Origin: Bdellovibrionota bacterium | GTDB lineage: Bacteria; Bdellovibrionota_C; UBA2361; JAAYZI01 | Assembly: GCA_050950765.1 (NCBI GenBank) | Contig: JBMNIF010000002.1 | Coordinates: forward strand, 928,001 to 992,000 | DNA: 64,000 nucleotides | Direction of reading: 5' to 3' | In this document: positions 1 through 8,908 of the stretch, in pieces | How the letters are laid out: every line of letters starts with the position of its first letter | Position numbering within the stretch: position 1 is the stretch's first letter | Program-made: the position numbers and the translations under genes | The notes under the pieces: model-generated | Told to the model about the DNA's origin: nothing | What the model saw: only the letters and a program-made list of their open reading frames with translations | Database searches by the model: none

Positions 1-514
1 AGCAGCTTTTGAAGAGCCTTTTACGTTAGTTAGTCTCTGCTTAGTAGTAGCTTTTGAAGAACCTTTTACAGAATAGTTCCCGAAGGGAGCGTTTTTTAGT
101 TCAGATCCAGCGTCTAAGCCGTCGCCACGCCGAATCTGCTCTTTTTCTGCAGCAGAATCTGTATCTGAAAGAAATCTAGTCGGTTTTTTTTGGCGTTTGA
201 TTTAATCCTGCATCTGGAGTGGTGACGATCTGCCTTTCCGATAGAGTTAGAGGCATTTGCTCTAGTTGTTTAATATTTTTTAAAGGTATTTTGGAGGAGT
301 GAGGCGGGCTCTGTTTAGGAATGGCGTTAACCATCTCAACAGCAAAGATCTTTTCTTCTACCTTCTTCGGTGCGGTGCTTTGTTTACTGAGTAAGAGATA
401 AAAAAAAGCGAGGTGTAAAAGCAGTGATATTGAGAATGCCGAAAAAAAATAACAATTTGTTTTTGTGTGTTGAAGTGGTATTTCGCCTAACACATTAAAA
501 GTTTGTTCTGTCAC
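1..514 (-). pseudogene. TonB-like single-pass membrane protein, 5' part, with an apparent frameshift in an A8 run; runs off the window edge
   Basis: N-terminal TM segment SLLLHLAFF. The track ORF stops at 176, but removing one A from the run at 184-191 gives PKKPTRFLSDTDSAAEKEQIRRGDG, open to position 1. Start at GTG 514 is assumed. Confidence 0.5.
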
Positions 515-719
515 AGTTTTTTCGCCATATCCAAAGGTGTTTCTGTTTGTTCGGGATCTCGATTTTGGCGGGATCGTAACGATCAGAATAGCATAACGGG
601 GAGGATCGGGAAAATCGATAAGTTGCCTTCTTCTACGACTTGTTAGATGGTGGTGTGCCGATGATTCATTTCTGTTATAATACCTTGAACAGGCTGGCTT
701 AAAATAGAGGGGGCTTTTT

Positions 720-905
720 ATGTTTGCATCATGGTGGGAGTGGGGTGTCGTTCTTCTAGTTATCGTGTTGTTGTTTGGGACAAAACGGTTGCCTGAACTC
801 GGATCTGGTTTGGGAAAAGCTATCAGCAATTTCCGTAAATCGTACCGCGGAGAAAACGTAGATTCCGACACCTCAGAAGCTAAAAAAGAAGCTAAAAAAG
901 AGTAA
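720..905 (+). CDS. tatA: Twin-arginine translocase TatA/TatE subunit
   Basis: TM helix followed by [24 protein letters not shown], the typical TatA signature. Confidence 0.93.
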   Translation: MFASWWEWGVVLLVIVLLFGTKRLPELGSGLGKAISNFRKSYRGENVDSDTSEAKKEAKKE

Positions 906-1241
906 CAGGTGTAATAAAAAATACGTGAGGCTTAAAACAGGTACCACGTACCTTGCTAGAATGTTTTTATAGGAGGGGGTGCCAAATGTGGTGTTGCGCA
1001 CTACCTTTTCTTCTCTAGGGGTATTTAAACTTTCCATAAAAGCAGTTACTTACGCCTTTGAAGTTACTGCCGATATCTTCTTTGCCTCATCTCTCACAAT
1101 TTCTGGGGATACCTTCTAAATAGCAGAAAGAATGAAGATACTTTCGATTCTGTGCTTAATTGTTGTATTATGAAGCAAAGAATAATAACGACTGTTCTTA
1201 ACGAAAAATAGATAAATGGCACAAAAAATTAAGGATTTAAC

Positions 1242-2204
1242 ATGGGAAGCAACTTGCAATTATCTTTAATAGATTTTGAAGATAATAACAGCCAAATGTT
1301 AGAGAGAAAAATAACCAGCACTTATCCCACGTGCAATTTTGGAAGCCTATTTAACCCTAATAATTTTGAAGAAATTCATAATAGTCATGCAATGAATATT
1401 CTTGGAGATTCACTTCAAGTTTTAAAATATATAAAAGACAAAACAATAAATTTAATTTTTGCAGATGCACCGTATGGGATTGGAAAAGATTTTGGAAATG
1501 ATAGTGATAAATGGGAAAATGTTGATGCGTATATAAGTTGGTGTAAATTGTGGATTGATGAATGTATGCGAGTTCTAACTGATGATGGGACGATGTATTT
1601 TATGACAGCCACACAGCATATGCCTTTTTTAGATGTGTATGTTTCAGAGAAGTATAATGTATTGTGTAGAATAGTGTGGGCTTACGATAGCTCTGGCGTG
1701 CAATCTAAAAAAATTTATGGTTCATTATATGAGCCTATTTTAATGATCAATAAAACAGCAAAATCAACGTATATATTTAACCATGACGACATTTTAGTAG
1801 AGGCGAAGACGGGAGCAAAAAGAAAACTTATTGATTATAGGAAAACTCCACCTCAAGTTTATAATGATAAGAAAGTGCCGGGTAATGTATGGGATTTTTC
1901 TAGAGTAAGATTCAAAATGGATGAATATGAAAATCATCCTACGCAAAAACCAGAAGCGTTGTTAGAAAGGATAATTAGAGCATCATCCAATGCGGGGGAT
2001 GTTGTTTTAGATCCATTTTCAGGATCGTTCACTACCTCTGCTGTGGCGAACAAAATTGGGAGAAATGCTATTGGAATTGAACTGAATCCAGATTATTTTG
2101 AAATAGGAATTAGGAGACTTGGTATCGCATCAGAGTATAAAGGAAAACTATTAAAAAAAGAGAAACTTCGTAAAACCAATGCCAAATCAAAGTATGTAAG
2201 GTAA
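1242..2204 (+). CDS. Adenine DNA methyltransferase, beta class, YhdJ-like (ATGCAT specificity inferred from similarity)
   Basis: FADAPY, YDSSGVQ, YGSLYEPIL, ENHPTQKPEALLERII and LDPFSGSFTT closely resemble E. coli YhdJ as recalled. Confidence 0.88.
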   Translation: MGSNLQLSLIDFEDNNSQMLERKITSTYPTCNFGSLFNPNNFEEIHNSHAMNILGDSLQVLKYIKDKTINLIFADAPYGIGKDFGNDSDKWENVDAYISWCKLWIDECMRVLTDDGTMYFMTATQHMPFLDVYVSEKYNVLCRIVWAYDSSGVQSKKIYGSLYEPILMINKTAKSTYIFNHDDILVEAKTGAKRKLIDYRKTPPQVYNDKKVPGNVWDFSRVRFKMDEYENHPTQKPEALLERIIRASSNAGDVVLDPFSGSFTTSAVANKIGRNAIGIELNPDYFEIGIRRLGIASEYKGKLLKKEKLRKTNAKSKYVR

Positions 2205-2211
2205 GTTTTTT

Positions 2212-3285
2212 ATGAAAATAACAGAGAGCTTTATTGAAGATATTTTGTTGTCATCTTATGGCGATAAATATCAAGAAATTTATGATCGCAGTTACCTTAT
2301 ACAGTACCTTGATAAAAAAATGGGGGCTATTCATGGGAATTGTAAGACGAGGAGGAGCCTTGCAAATATTTACGCTATTTATTCGATCTTAAATTTTTAT
2401 AGAAATGATTTTTATAATAATCCCAAAAGTTACAGAAAATTTTTAGGTTATGATTACACCCAACTTTTGAGTTTTTGCAGAAGTCTATATGGGGGAAATA
2501 AGTTGCAAAACCATGCGTTTAATTCAAGAGTAAATAGTGAATTTAAAAATAAGTTTCAGAATGTTGCTAATGATTTAATCATTATAAATAGTGGAAAATA
2601 TTTATTACATATTGATTATTTATACATAGGTAAAATAGATATTAGTCAAGTGTGTTGCGAGATTATTGAGAAATATATCGATTTGCTGATTGAAAAAGAT
2701 CATGCTCTTGTGGGGATCTTGCAAAATATTAAAAGAACAAATGACTATAATAAAAAGAAAGATCTGATTAAAAGCCTACTAACGGAAGATGCAGAAGCGC
2801 GTATTTTTGAAATCATCAGTTATAGTATTTTAAAAAATCATTATAGGCATATTGAAATTTATTGGGGATATACAAAGAGCTCACTTGTCAAAGATAAATT
2901 AGAATTGTTTAAAACAGGAAGGACTAATGCAAATGATGGTGGAATAGATTTTGTTATGAAGCCATTAGGTAGATTTTTCCAAGTTACAGAGGTTGGCAAT
3001 TATGACAAATATTTATTAGATCTTGATAAGGTTTTACATTTCCCAATTACATTTGTTATCAAAACAAAATTAGAAAAAGAAAAAGTTCTTAAAGATTTGA
3101 ATGAGCATATTAAAATTAGAGCAAATGGGATGAAGGTGATCCAAGAGAGATACTATAAAGCAATTGAAGAAATAATTACCATCAATGAGTTAATTCAATG
3201 GATCGACGAACTTGGAAACCGAGATATCGCAAATATTCTTCGTGATATCGATATTTGTTATAAGTTAGAAATGAATATTTTTTAA
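2212..3285 (+). CDS. Putative type II restriction endonuclease cognate to the upstream MTase
   Basis: Starts 7 bp after the MTase and is AT-rich. Motif TGRTNANDGGIDFV..LGRFFQVTE is PD-(D/E)xK-like. Confidence 0.72.
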   Translation: MKITESFIEDILLSSYGDKYQEIYDRSYLIQYLDKKMGAIHGNCKTRRSLANIYAIYSILNFYRNDFYNNPKSYRKFLGYDYTQLLSFCRSLYGGNKLQNHAFNSRVNSEFKNKFQNVANDLIIINSGKYLLHIDYLYIGKIDISQVCCEIIEKYIDLLIEKDHALVGILQNIKRTNDYNKKKDLIKSLLTEDAEARIFEIISYSILKNHYRHIEIYWGYTKSSLVKDKLELFKTGRTNANDGGIDFVMKPLGRFFQVTEVGNYDKYLLDLDKVLHFPITFVIKTKLEKEKVLKDLNEHIKIRANGMKVIQERYYKAIEEIITINELIQWIDELGNRDIANILRDIDICYKLEMNIF

Positions 3286-3407
3286 GAGCGAGTTAAAAGT
3301 GTGTAAACTTAAAAAAAGTTATTATGAAAGACCGCTAACAATTTCCGTAGATCGTACCACAGAGAAAATGCAGGTGTAATAAAAAGCAGGCGCAGGGTGG
3401 CACTAGA

Positions 3408-4778
3408 TCACTGTGCGGCGTAGATGCGGGCGGAGTAGAAGTTTGCGGCATCAATATTTTTATCAAAAAGACCGATCGCAAAATCTTGGGAGCTCCCTGG
3501 TTCTAGCTCATACTTACGAGCGACACTTTTTTCTTGCAACTCTTTTATCATAGCTGGAGTAAAAGACTCGATCCTTGTTTTTGCTAAAGTTGAATTGGCA
3601 TTAACTTTTTGCGAGGTAACCTTTCTGCCTGAAGCATCGAAGGCGAGCCCCTCTATCGTAATATCAGCAAAACTTTTTTCCGTATTGTTTTGCAGTGAGC
3701 CAGAGATGAGATGAACAACTTCACCAGATTGTAAGGCAACCTGCTTCATCTGTAGATCTGAAATTATTAACCCTGCAGGTGGTGGCGGTGTCGGTTGCGG
3801 TAAAAGCGGTTTTAGCATGGAGTGAAACCCTAAAAAATCAGGGAGTGCTAAGATTAAAAGCAGAAGGATCATAGGAGCCGTGATTAAAGCAGGAGTTAGC
3901 CACGGATATTTTGTTATAGCGTTAGTTTGAAGTGGGTTCTCTTGAATAACGGTAGCAGGCTCTCTATAAAATCTGGATTCCGAGTTTTCTCGAGATGCTT
4001 CAAAAGGGTGTTTTTCAGGACTTTTATCAAAGGAGAATAGAGACTTTGATCGTTCTTTTGGAGTTGCAGTATCTGCAAATTCAAAACTTATCTGTTTGGC
4101 ATCTTTTAAGTTACCGTACTCTTCTGTCTCTTCTGTTGTAGGGAGGAGGGTGGCATCTTCTACCTCTTCACTATTTTGACGAGAGGTGGAGAAGAACGGC
4201 GATTCCTGTTGTGAAACCGTTTTTGCAACAGGGTTTATCTCCGAAACTTCTGTTTTAGGTACGGTTCTTTCAGAGGGTGTAGCGGAGCCCTCTTCTTCTT
4301 CCCAGCCGGTGGTCCACTTTGTGACATCATGAAATTTTAGTGATGAGGTTGGAACGTATTGTTGAGACTTACCCCCTTTAATGTCAGATTCTGCAAAAGG
4401 ATCAAAAGAATCATCACTACTTACTTCATCTTCCGTTGCACAAAACGTCTCAGCCCCACTTTCTTTTTCGGACGATACTGTTTTTGAGTATGGCTTGGCA
4501 CTGCTATCCGTATCGGTTTTAATATCTTCAGTGGATTGTGACCCTAAAGTGGATTCTTCAGGACTCCAGCCAGCTTCTGCTGCATCAAAGATCGAATCGC
4601 AACGAGAGCAGTGAAAGCGGGGGTCTTCGATGCCACTTAATGATGATTCCGGTAGCGCAAAACGTGCTTGGCATTGGGGGCATTGAATAATAAAGGTATG
4701 ATCGGATTCTTTATCTGGTGTAGCAGCTTTTGCCGCTGCAGCCCTAAAAATACTTTTTTTTTGAAAACCCCGTGCCAT
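3408..4778 (-). CDS. Zinc-ribbon (MJ0042-like) plus DUF3426-like membrane protein
   Basis: CPQCQARF...CSRCDSIF, a long acidic linker, one TM segment and a C-terminal Ig-like domain (ISGSLQNN). Confidence 0.75.
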   Translation of the reverse strand: MARGFQKKSIFRAAAAKAATPDKESDHTFIIQCPQCQARFALPESSLSGIEDPRFHCSRCDSIFDAAEAGWSPEESTLGSQSTEDIKTDTDSSAKPYSKTVSSEKESGAETFCATEDEVSSDDSFDPFAESDIKGGKSQQYVPTSSLKFHDVTKWTTGWEEEEGSATPSERTVPKTEVSEINPVAKTVSQQESPFFSTSRQNSEEVEDATLLPTTEETEEYGNLKDAKQISFEFADTATPKERSKSLFSFDKSPEKHPFEASRENSESRFYREPATVIQENPLQTNAITKYPWLTPALITAPMILLLLILALPDFLGFHSMLKPLLPQPTPPPPAGLIISDLQMKQVALQSGEVVHLISGSLQNNTEKSFADITIEGLAFDASGRKVTSQKVNANSTLAKTRIESFTPAMIKELQEKSVARKYELEPGSSQDFAIGLFDKNIDAANFYSARIYAAQ

Positions 4779-4919
4779 ACAGTGTAACCTTGAATTCTTA
4801 ACACCCTTTAATTTAAAACAATCTGATTATTCATACCAGTGGAAAATTGTCTTATCTGGGTGTAAATTGTTAAAAAATCGCTTTAAATATTAAGATTATT
4901 AAAGTTGAGTTTGTGAGAG

Positions 4920-5681
4920 TTGATTATGAAGATAAATCCGGAACGACTGGTTATCGGGAAACGTGCTGTGGCGGAAGTGTTGAGGAGCTCCTCAGAACGG
5001 GTGGAAAGTGTACTTTGTGCAGCTCGTTCCGGAGTGCCGGAAGGGGAGGTGCAAGACCTCGTTGCAAAAACAGGTATAAAAATAAAAAATATAAGACAAG
5101 ATGAGCTTTCGGATCTATCAGCTTCGGATTCTCACCAAGGGATCGCAGCAGTTTTAAAAGAGCGGCGTTATGCTACCCTTAATGAATTGATACAGAGATC
5201 AAAATATAGTGCGACCTCTCTTTTGGTGATGCTGGATGGCGTTTCAGATCCGCACAATCTCGGGGCTGTTATGAGAGCGGCAGAGTGTTTCGGTGCCGAC
5301 GGAATTATCTGGTCTAAAAATAGAGGGGTTGGAATTACTCCCGTTGTGACAAAAACATCAGCGGGGGCTAGTGAATTATTAGCGGCAGTTCCTGTCAGTA
5401 ATTTAGCTGACGCTCTTAAAAAACTCCAAGCAGAAGGGTTTTGGAGTGTGGCTGCGGCGCTTACAGAGGATGCAGAGCCGTTAGCTGATTTTAAGATTGC
5501 GCAGAAAACAGTTCTGATTTTAGGTTCCGAAGGGAAGGGGATTAGTCCGTTAATCTTAAAGTTGGCTGATTTCGTTTTGCAGGTACCGATGGAGGGTTCA
5601 ATCTCTGCCCTTAATGTCTCTCAAGCTGCAGCTGTCTTTATGTACGAATTACGACGTAAATTAAATATGTTAGATATCTAA
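4920..5681 (+). CDS. rlmB: 23S rRNA Gm2251 2'-O-methyltransferase
   Basis: SPOUT motifs HQGIAA, LDGVSDPHNLGAVMR, GSEGKG and ALNVSQAAA. Confidence 0.93.
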   Translation: MIMKINPERLVIGKRAVAEVLRSSSERVESVLCAARSGVPEGEVQDLVAKTGIKIKNIRQDELSDLSASDSHQGIAAVLKERRYATLNELIQRSKYSATSLLVMLDGVSDPHNLGAVMRAAECFGADGIIWSKNRGVGITPVVTKTSAGASELLAAVPVSNLADALKKLQAEGFWSVAAALTEDAEPLADFKIAQKTVLILGSEGKGISPLILKLADFVLQVPMEGSISALNVSQAAAVFMYELRRKLNMLDI

Positions 5682-5876
5682 AAAGTTTTTTATAATATGT
5701 TATTTTTTTGTGGATGTGAGCGGCTACCATTTTTTTACTTTTTGAAAACATCTGCCGTTGCGGTATTTCTGCTATTGAGACGTGGACAAAAGCTTTTACT
5801 TAAAGTAAGTTAAAGCGTATTTTTATCTGCCATAGCCGTGCGGTGTAGGGCTTTTTATACAGTTTAGGGGGCTCCT

Positions 5877-6695
5877 TTGGGCGAACAACTCTGTGGTGAA
5901 GAGTATTCTCATTTTTTTAAGGTTGATCTGGACTTCTTTCAAGGACCGGTGGATCTTCTGTTGCACTTGGTGAAACAGAATGAACTCCCTATTGAGAAGG
6001 TTTCGTTGGCTGAAGTCGCAACGCAATATCTTGAATGTATTGAGGCTTTACACCTTGTAGACCTTGATATCGCGGGTGAGTACCTTGTTATTGCAGCGAC
6101 CCTTTTGTCGATAAAGTCGAGTGTGTTGTTAAATGAGCCTGTTGAGTTGGTGCAGGACGAAGAAGGGAACTTGATAAATCCGCATGATGAATTACTTAGA
6201 AGGTTGCGTGAGGCGGAGATTTATAGGGATGGCGCTGCCTTTCTTGGGAAAAAGAGTTGTCTTGGTTTGGAAGTCTTTGCAGCACCGAGCACCTTAGGGA
6301 AGAGTGCTTCAATGAATGCTCCGTTAAAAGAGCACGATCCGATGTTGTTAGGACGCGCTTTTCGTAAATTGTTGGAGCGTACTGCAAAGGATAACTATCG
6401 CGTTGAATTCGTCAAAGTATCTGTTGTTGATCAGATGGTGTTTGTGCTGGATACTTTACGAGGTGCGGGGGGGATTATTTCGTTTCAAAAACTGATGGAG
6501 GGTTTTGATAATAGAATAGTATTGCTAGCGTCATTTATAGCGTTACTTGAATTGTGTAAGAAGCAGGCTATTGTAGTCTCTCAAGAGGATAGCTTTTCAG
6601 ATATTACCATTACGTTAATTGATGAAGGTGCTGAAATAAAGGATTTTGCTTCCGAGTTTGATACGCAGGAAGCTTTAGCAACGGTTAATGCATAA
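5877..6695 (+). CDS. scpA: Segregation and condensation protein A
   Basis: FQGPVDLLLHL, AGEYLVIAATLLSIKS and FIALLELCK. Confidence 0.93.
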   Translation: MGEQLCGEEYSHFFKVDLDFFQGPVDLLLHLVKQNELPIEKVSLAEVATQYLECIEALHLVDLDIAGEYLVIAATLLSIKSSVLLNEPVELVQDEEGNLINPHDELLRRLREAEIYRDGAAFLGKKSCLGLEVFAAPSTLGKSASMNAPLKEHDPMLLGRAFRKLLERTAKDNYRVEFVKVSVVDQMVFVLDTLRGAGGIISFQKLMEGFDNRIVLLASFIALLELCKKQAIVVSQEDSFSDITITLIDEGAEIKDFASEFDTQEALATVNA

Positions 6696-6698
6696 GTT

Positions 6699-7655
6699 AT
6701 GATGATGGATGTTGAAGAAATAGAGGCTCTCGATCTTATTGATGTTGATAAAGATAGCTCTGAATTGTCGAACGGTTCTGAGGATCAAAGTTCTGGATCC
6801 ATTCAGTTTATAGGAGATGTCGCTACGCTTGAGGATGCCCTTGAAGATGATGATGATCTTGGGGTGTTATCGGAGAGTGAGAGTGTTCCTGCCATAGAGG
6901 CGATGTTGCTTGCTAGTGGAGATCCTTTAGCGGTTAGTAGGATCTGTGAGGTGACGGGGTTAAGTGAGGGGAAAGTTCGTGACGCTTTAGAAAGTATTCA
7001 GATGAGTTATGAGAGTGACGAAAACGGCTTTGAGTTGGTTAATGTCGGCGGGCGCTTTCAGTTCAGAACGAAAGCTAAATACGGGCGTTTTGTCTTGGCG
7101 CTAAAGGAGAGTAAGCCGAGACGCTTAAGTCATGCAGCCTTAGAGACGTTGGCGATCGTTGCTTACAGACAACCTGTTGTTAAATCAGATATTGAAAAGA
7201 TTAGAGGTGTTGATGCCACCCCTACCTTAAAAACGCTTTTAGATAAAAATCTAGTTAAAATTGTTGGGCATAAAGAAGCGGTGGGACAACCTGCTTTATA
7301 CGGAACAGGGGATGAGTTTTTAAATCTTTTTGGGATGTCCAGTTTGTCGGATCTTCCTACACTAAGAGACCTGAAAGAGTTTGAAAGAGATCCAGGTGAA
7401 GACGGCACAGCAAGTGATTGTGAAGATGAAGGAGAAGAGATAGATGGTGCAGAAGACGGGAGTGAAGAAACAGTCATTTCAGAAGGGTGCCAAGAGGAGG
7501 AGTGCACCTCCAGCGCAGAAGCAGAAGAGCAAAGGGGTGGAGAAGAAACGATCGTACAAAACGACGACGACCACTTCACAACGTCACTCTGCGCAGAAGA
7601 GTCCGAAGAGAAATTCATCTCGTCCGAAGACGGCAAGAAGTGCCAAACCTGCTGA
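6699..7655 (+). CDS. scpB: SMC-Scp complex subunit ScpB with a long acidic tail
   Basis: LSHAALETLAIVAYRQPV, IEKIRGV, GQPALYGT and LSDLP. Confidence 0.93.
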   Translation: MMMDVEEIEALDLIDVDKDSSELSNGSEDQSSGSIQFIGDVATLEDALEDDDDLGVLSESESVPAIEAMLLASGDPLAVSRICEVTGLSEGKVRDALESIQMSYESDENGFELVNVGGRFQFRTKAKYGRFVLALKESKPRRLSHAALETLAIVAYRQPVVKSDIEKIRGVDATPTLKTLLDKNLVKIVGHKEAVGQPALYGTGDEFLNLFGMSSLSDLPTLRDLKEFERDPGEDGTASDCEDEGEEIDGAEDGSEETVISEGCQEEECTSSAEAEEQRGGEETIVQNDDDHFTTSLCAEESEEKFISSEDGKKCQTC

Positions 7656-8754
7656 GACAGGGATAATGCGGATACATAAATTCCTTGCGCAGTGTGGTGT
7701 TGCTTCACGGCGTAATGCTGAAGAGTTAATTAAGAAGGGGCGTGTCACGATCAATGGAGAGGTGGTGACACTTGGAGCGCTTACTAATCCGGAAGCTGAT
7801 GAAATTCGGCTTAACGGCAAGGTTATCACACCGATAAAAAAAGGTGTTGCTATCTTTAATAAACCGGCGGGGGTTGTCTCTACCTTAAGAGACCCGCACG
7901 GACGAAGAACGATCGGAGACTTTATCCCAGATCATCTACGCTCATATTTTCCTGTTGGGCGGCTAGATTTTGAGAGTATTGGGCTTGTGATTTTAACTAA
8001 TGACGGCGATTTGGCGGATAGGTTGTTACATCCGAAATACGTTATTCCGCGGAAATATCACATTAGAGTTGTTGGTATTCCTAGTGATGACCTTCTGCGT
8101 AAGGTAGCTAAGGGGGTTAAGCTTGAAGATGGTGTTGTTAAAGCTGATGCCAGATTTTTACGCGAAGTTGAGAACGCAGCTTGGCTGGAGGTCATTCTGC
8201 ACGTTGGAAAGAATCGAGTTGTGCGCAGGATCTTTGAAGAGTTGGGGTATCCTGTGCAACGTCTGAAGAGAGTTGCGCATGGTCCTTTTAATCTTGGGGA
8301 TCTGCAGAGCGGAAAGGTAAAAGAGCTAAGTCAAAAACAGTATTTACGCGTCAGAGAGATGGTTTTTAAGGAGTTTGGTGCTGCCGTTGCTGGGAGGACA
8401 AAAGAATTAAATCAGAAGCAGCGCTCACGTGTTAAGGGGAAGGCTTTTAAAGAGTCTGCTGCTGCCGTTACTGAAAGGACAAAAAAGCCGTCCACTTCTA
8501 AGGCTCGTTTAGGTCGCCGTTTAGATGAATTAAATAAAGAGGTTTCAAGAGGTGGTAGAGTTTCCGAGCGGCGCCGAGAGGGAGATTCTAAAGAGCGTGG
8601 TGAAGGGAGTAGCGCTAGAGGGAGGGGTAAGACAGGATCATCACCCCGCTCTGGTGCTACCACTAGGAGGACTAGGAAGGGTAACGCCTCCGCCCCTACT
8701 AGAAACACTTCTAGTAGGAGTAGTAAACGCCCTGTATCTAAAAAGACGCGCTAG
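7444..8754 (+). CDS. rluB: RluB/RsuA-family pseudouridine synthase (start may be at 7666)
   Basis: S4 domain RIHKFLAQCGVASRR, catalytic PVGRLD, and the usual scpA-scpB-rluB order. Confidence 0.88.
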   Translation: MVQKTGVKKQSFQKGAKRRSAPPAQKQKSKGVEKKRSYKTTTTTSQRHSAQKSPKRNSSRPKTARSAKPAETGIMRIHKFLAQCGVASRRNAEELIKKGRVTINGEVVTLGALTNPEADEIRLNGKVITPIKKGVAIFNKPAGVVSTLRDPHGRRTIGDFIPDHLRSYFPVGRLDFESIGLVILTNDGDLADRLLHPKYVIPRKYHIRVVGIPSDDLLRKVAKGVKLEDGVVKADARFLREVENAAWLEVILHVGKNRVVRRIFEELGYPVQRLKRVAHGPFNLGDLQSGKVKELSQKQYLRVREMVFKEFGAAVAGRTKELNQKQRSRVKGKAFKESAAAVTERTKKPSTSKARLGRRLDELNKEVSRGGRVSERRREGDSKERGEGSSARGRGKTGSSPRSGATTRRTRKGNASAPTRNTSSRSSKRPVSKKTR

Positions 8755-8855
8755 CCTTACCCTATCTAATAAGTGTATAAAGTGGGGTGGTAGCTGCTTT
8801 TTAGATAAAATTATTTGTGACTGAATTAAAAATAAAGTAAATACTTTTATTAATA

Positions 8856-8884
8856 TTGACATCGTTCGCTATCTCGCACATAGT
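8856..8884 (+). promoter_or_regulatory. Putative sigma70 promoter of the HTH-MTase gene
   Basis: TTGACA, 17-bp spacer, then CATAGT. The spacer holds a weak palindrome that could be an autoregulatory operator. Confidence 0.35.
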
Positions 8885-8908
8885 AAATATTATCAAACTA
8901 AGGCTACT

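Noticed and set aside
515..871. N-terminal half of the 231-aa minus-strand ORF
   Set aside because: It overlaps tatA on the opposite strand and looks non-coding; the real start is probably near 514.
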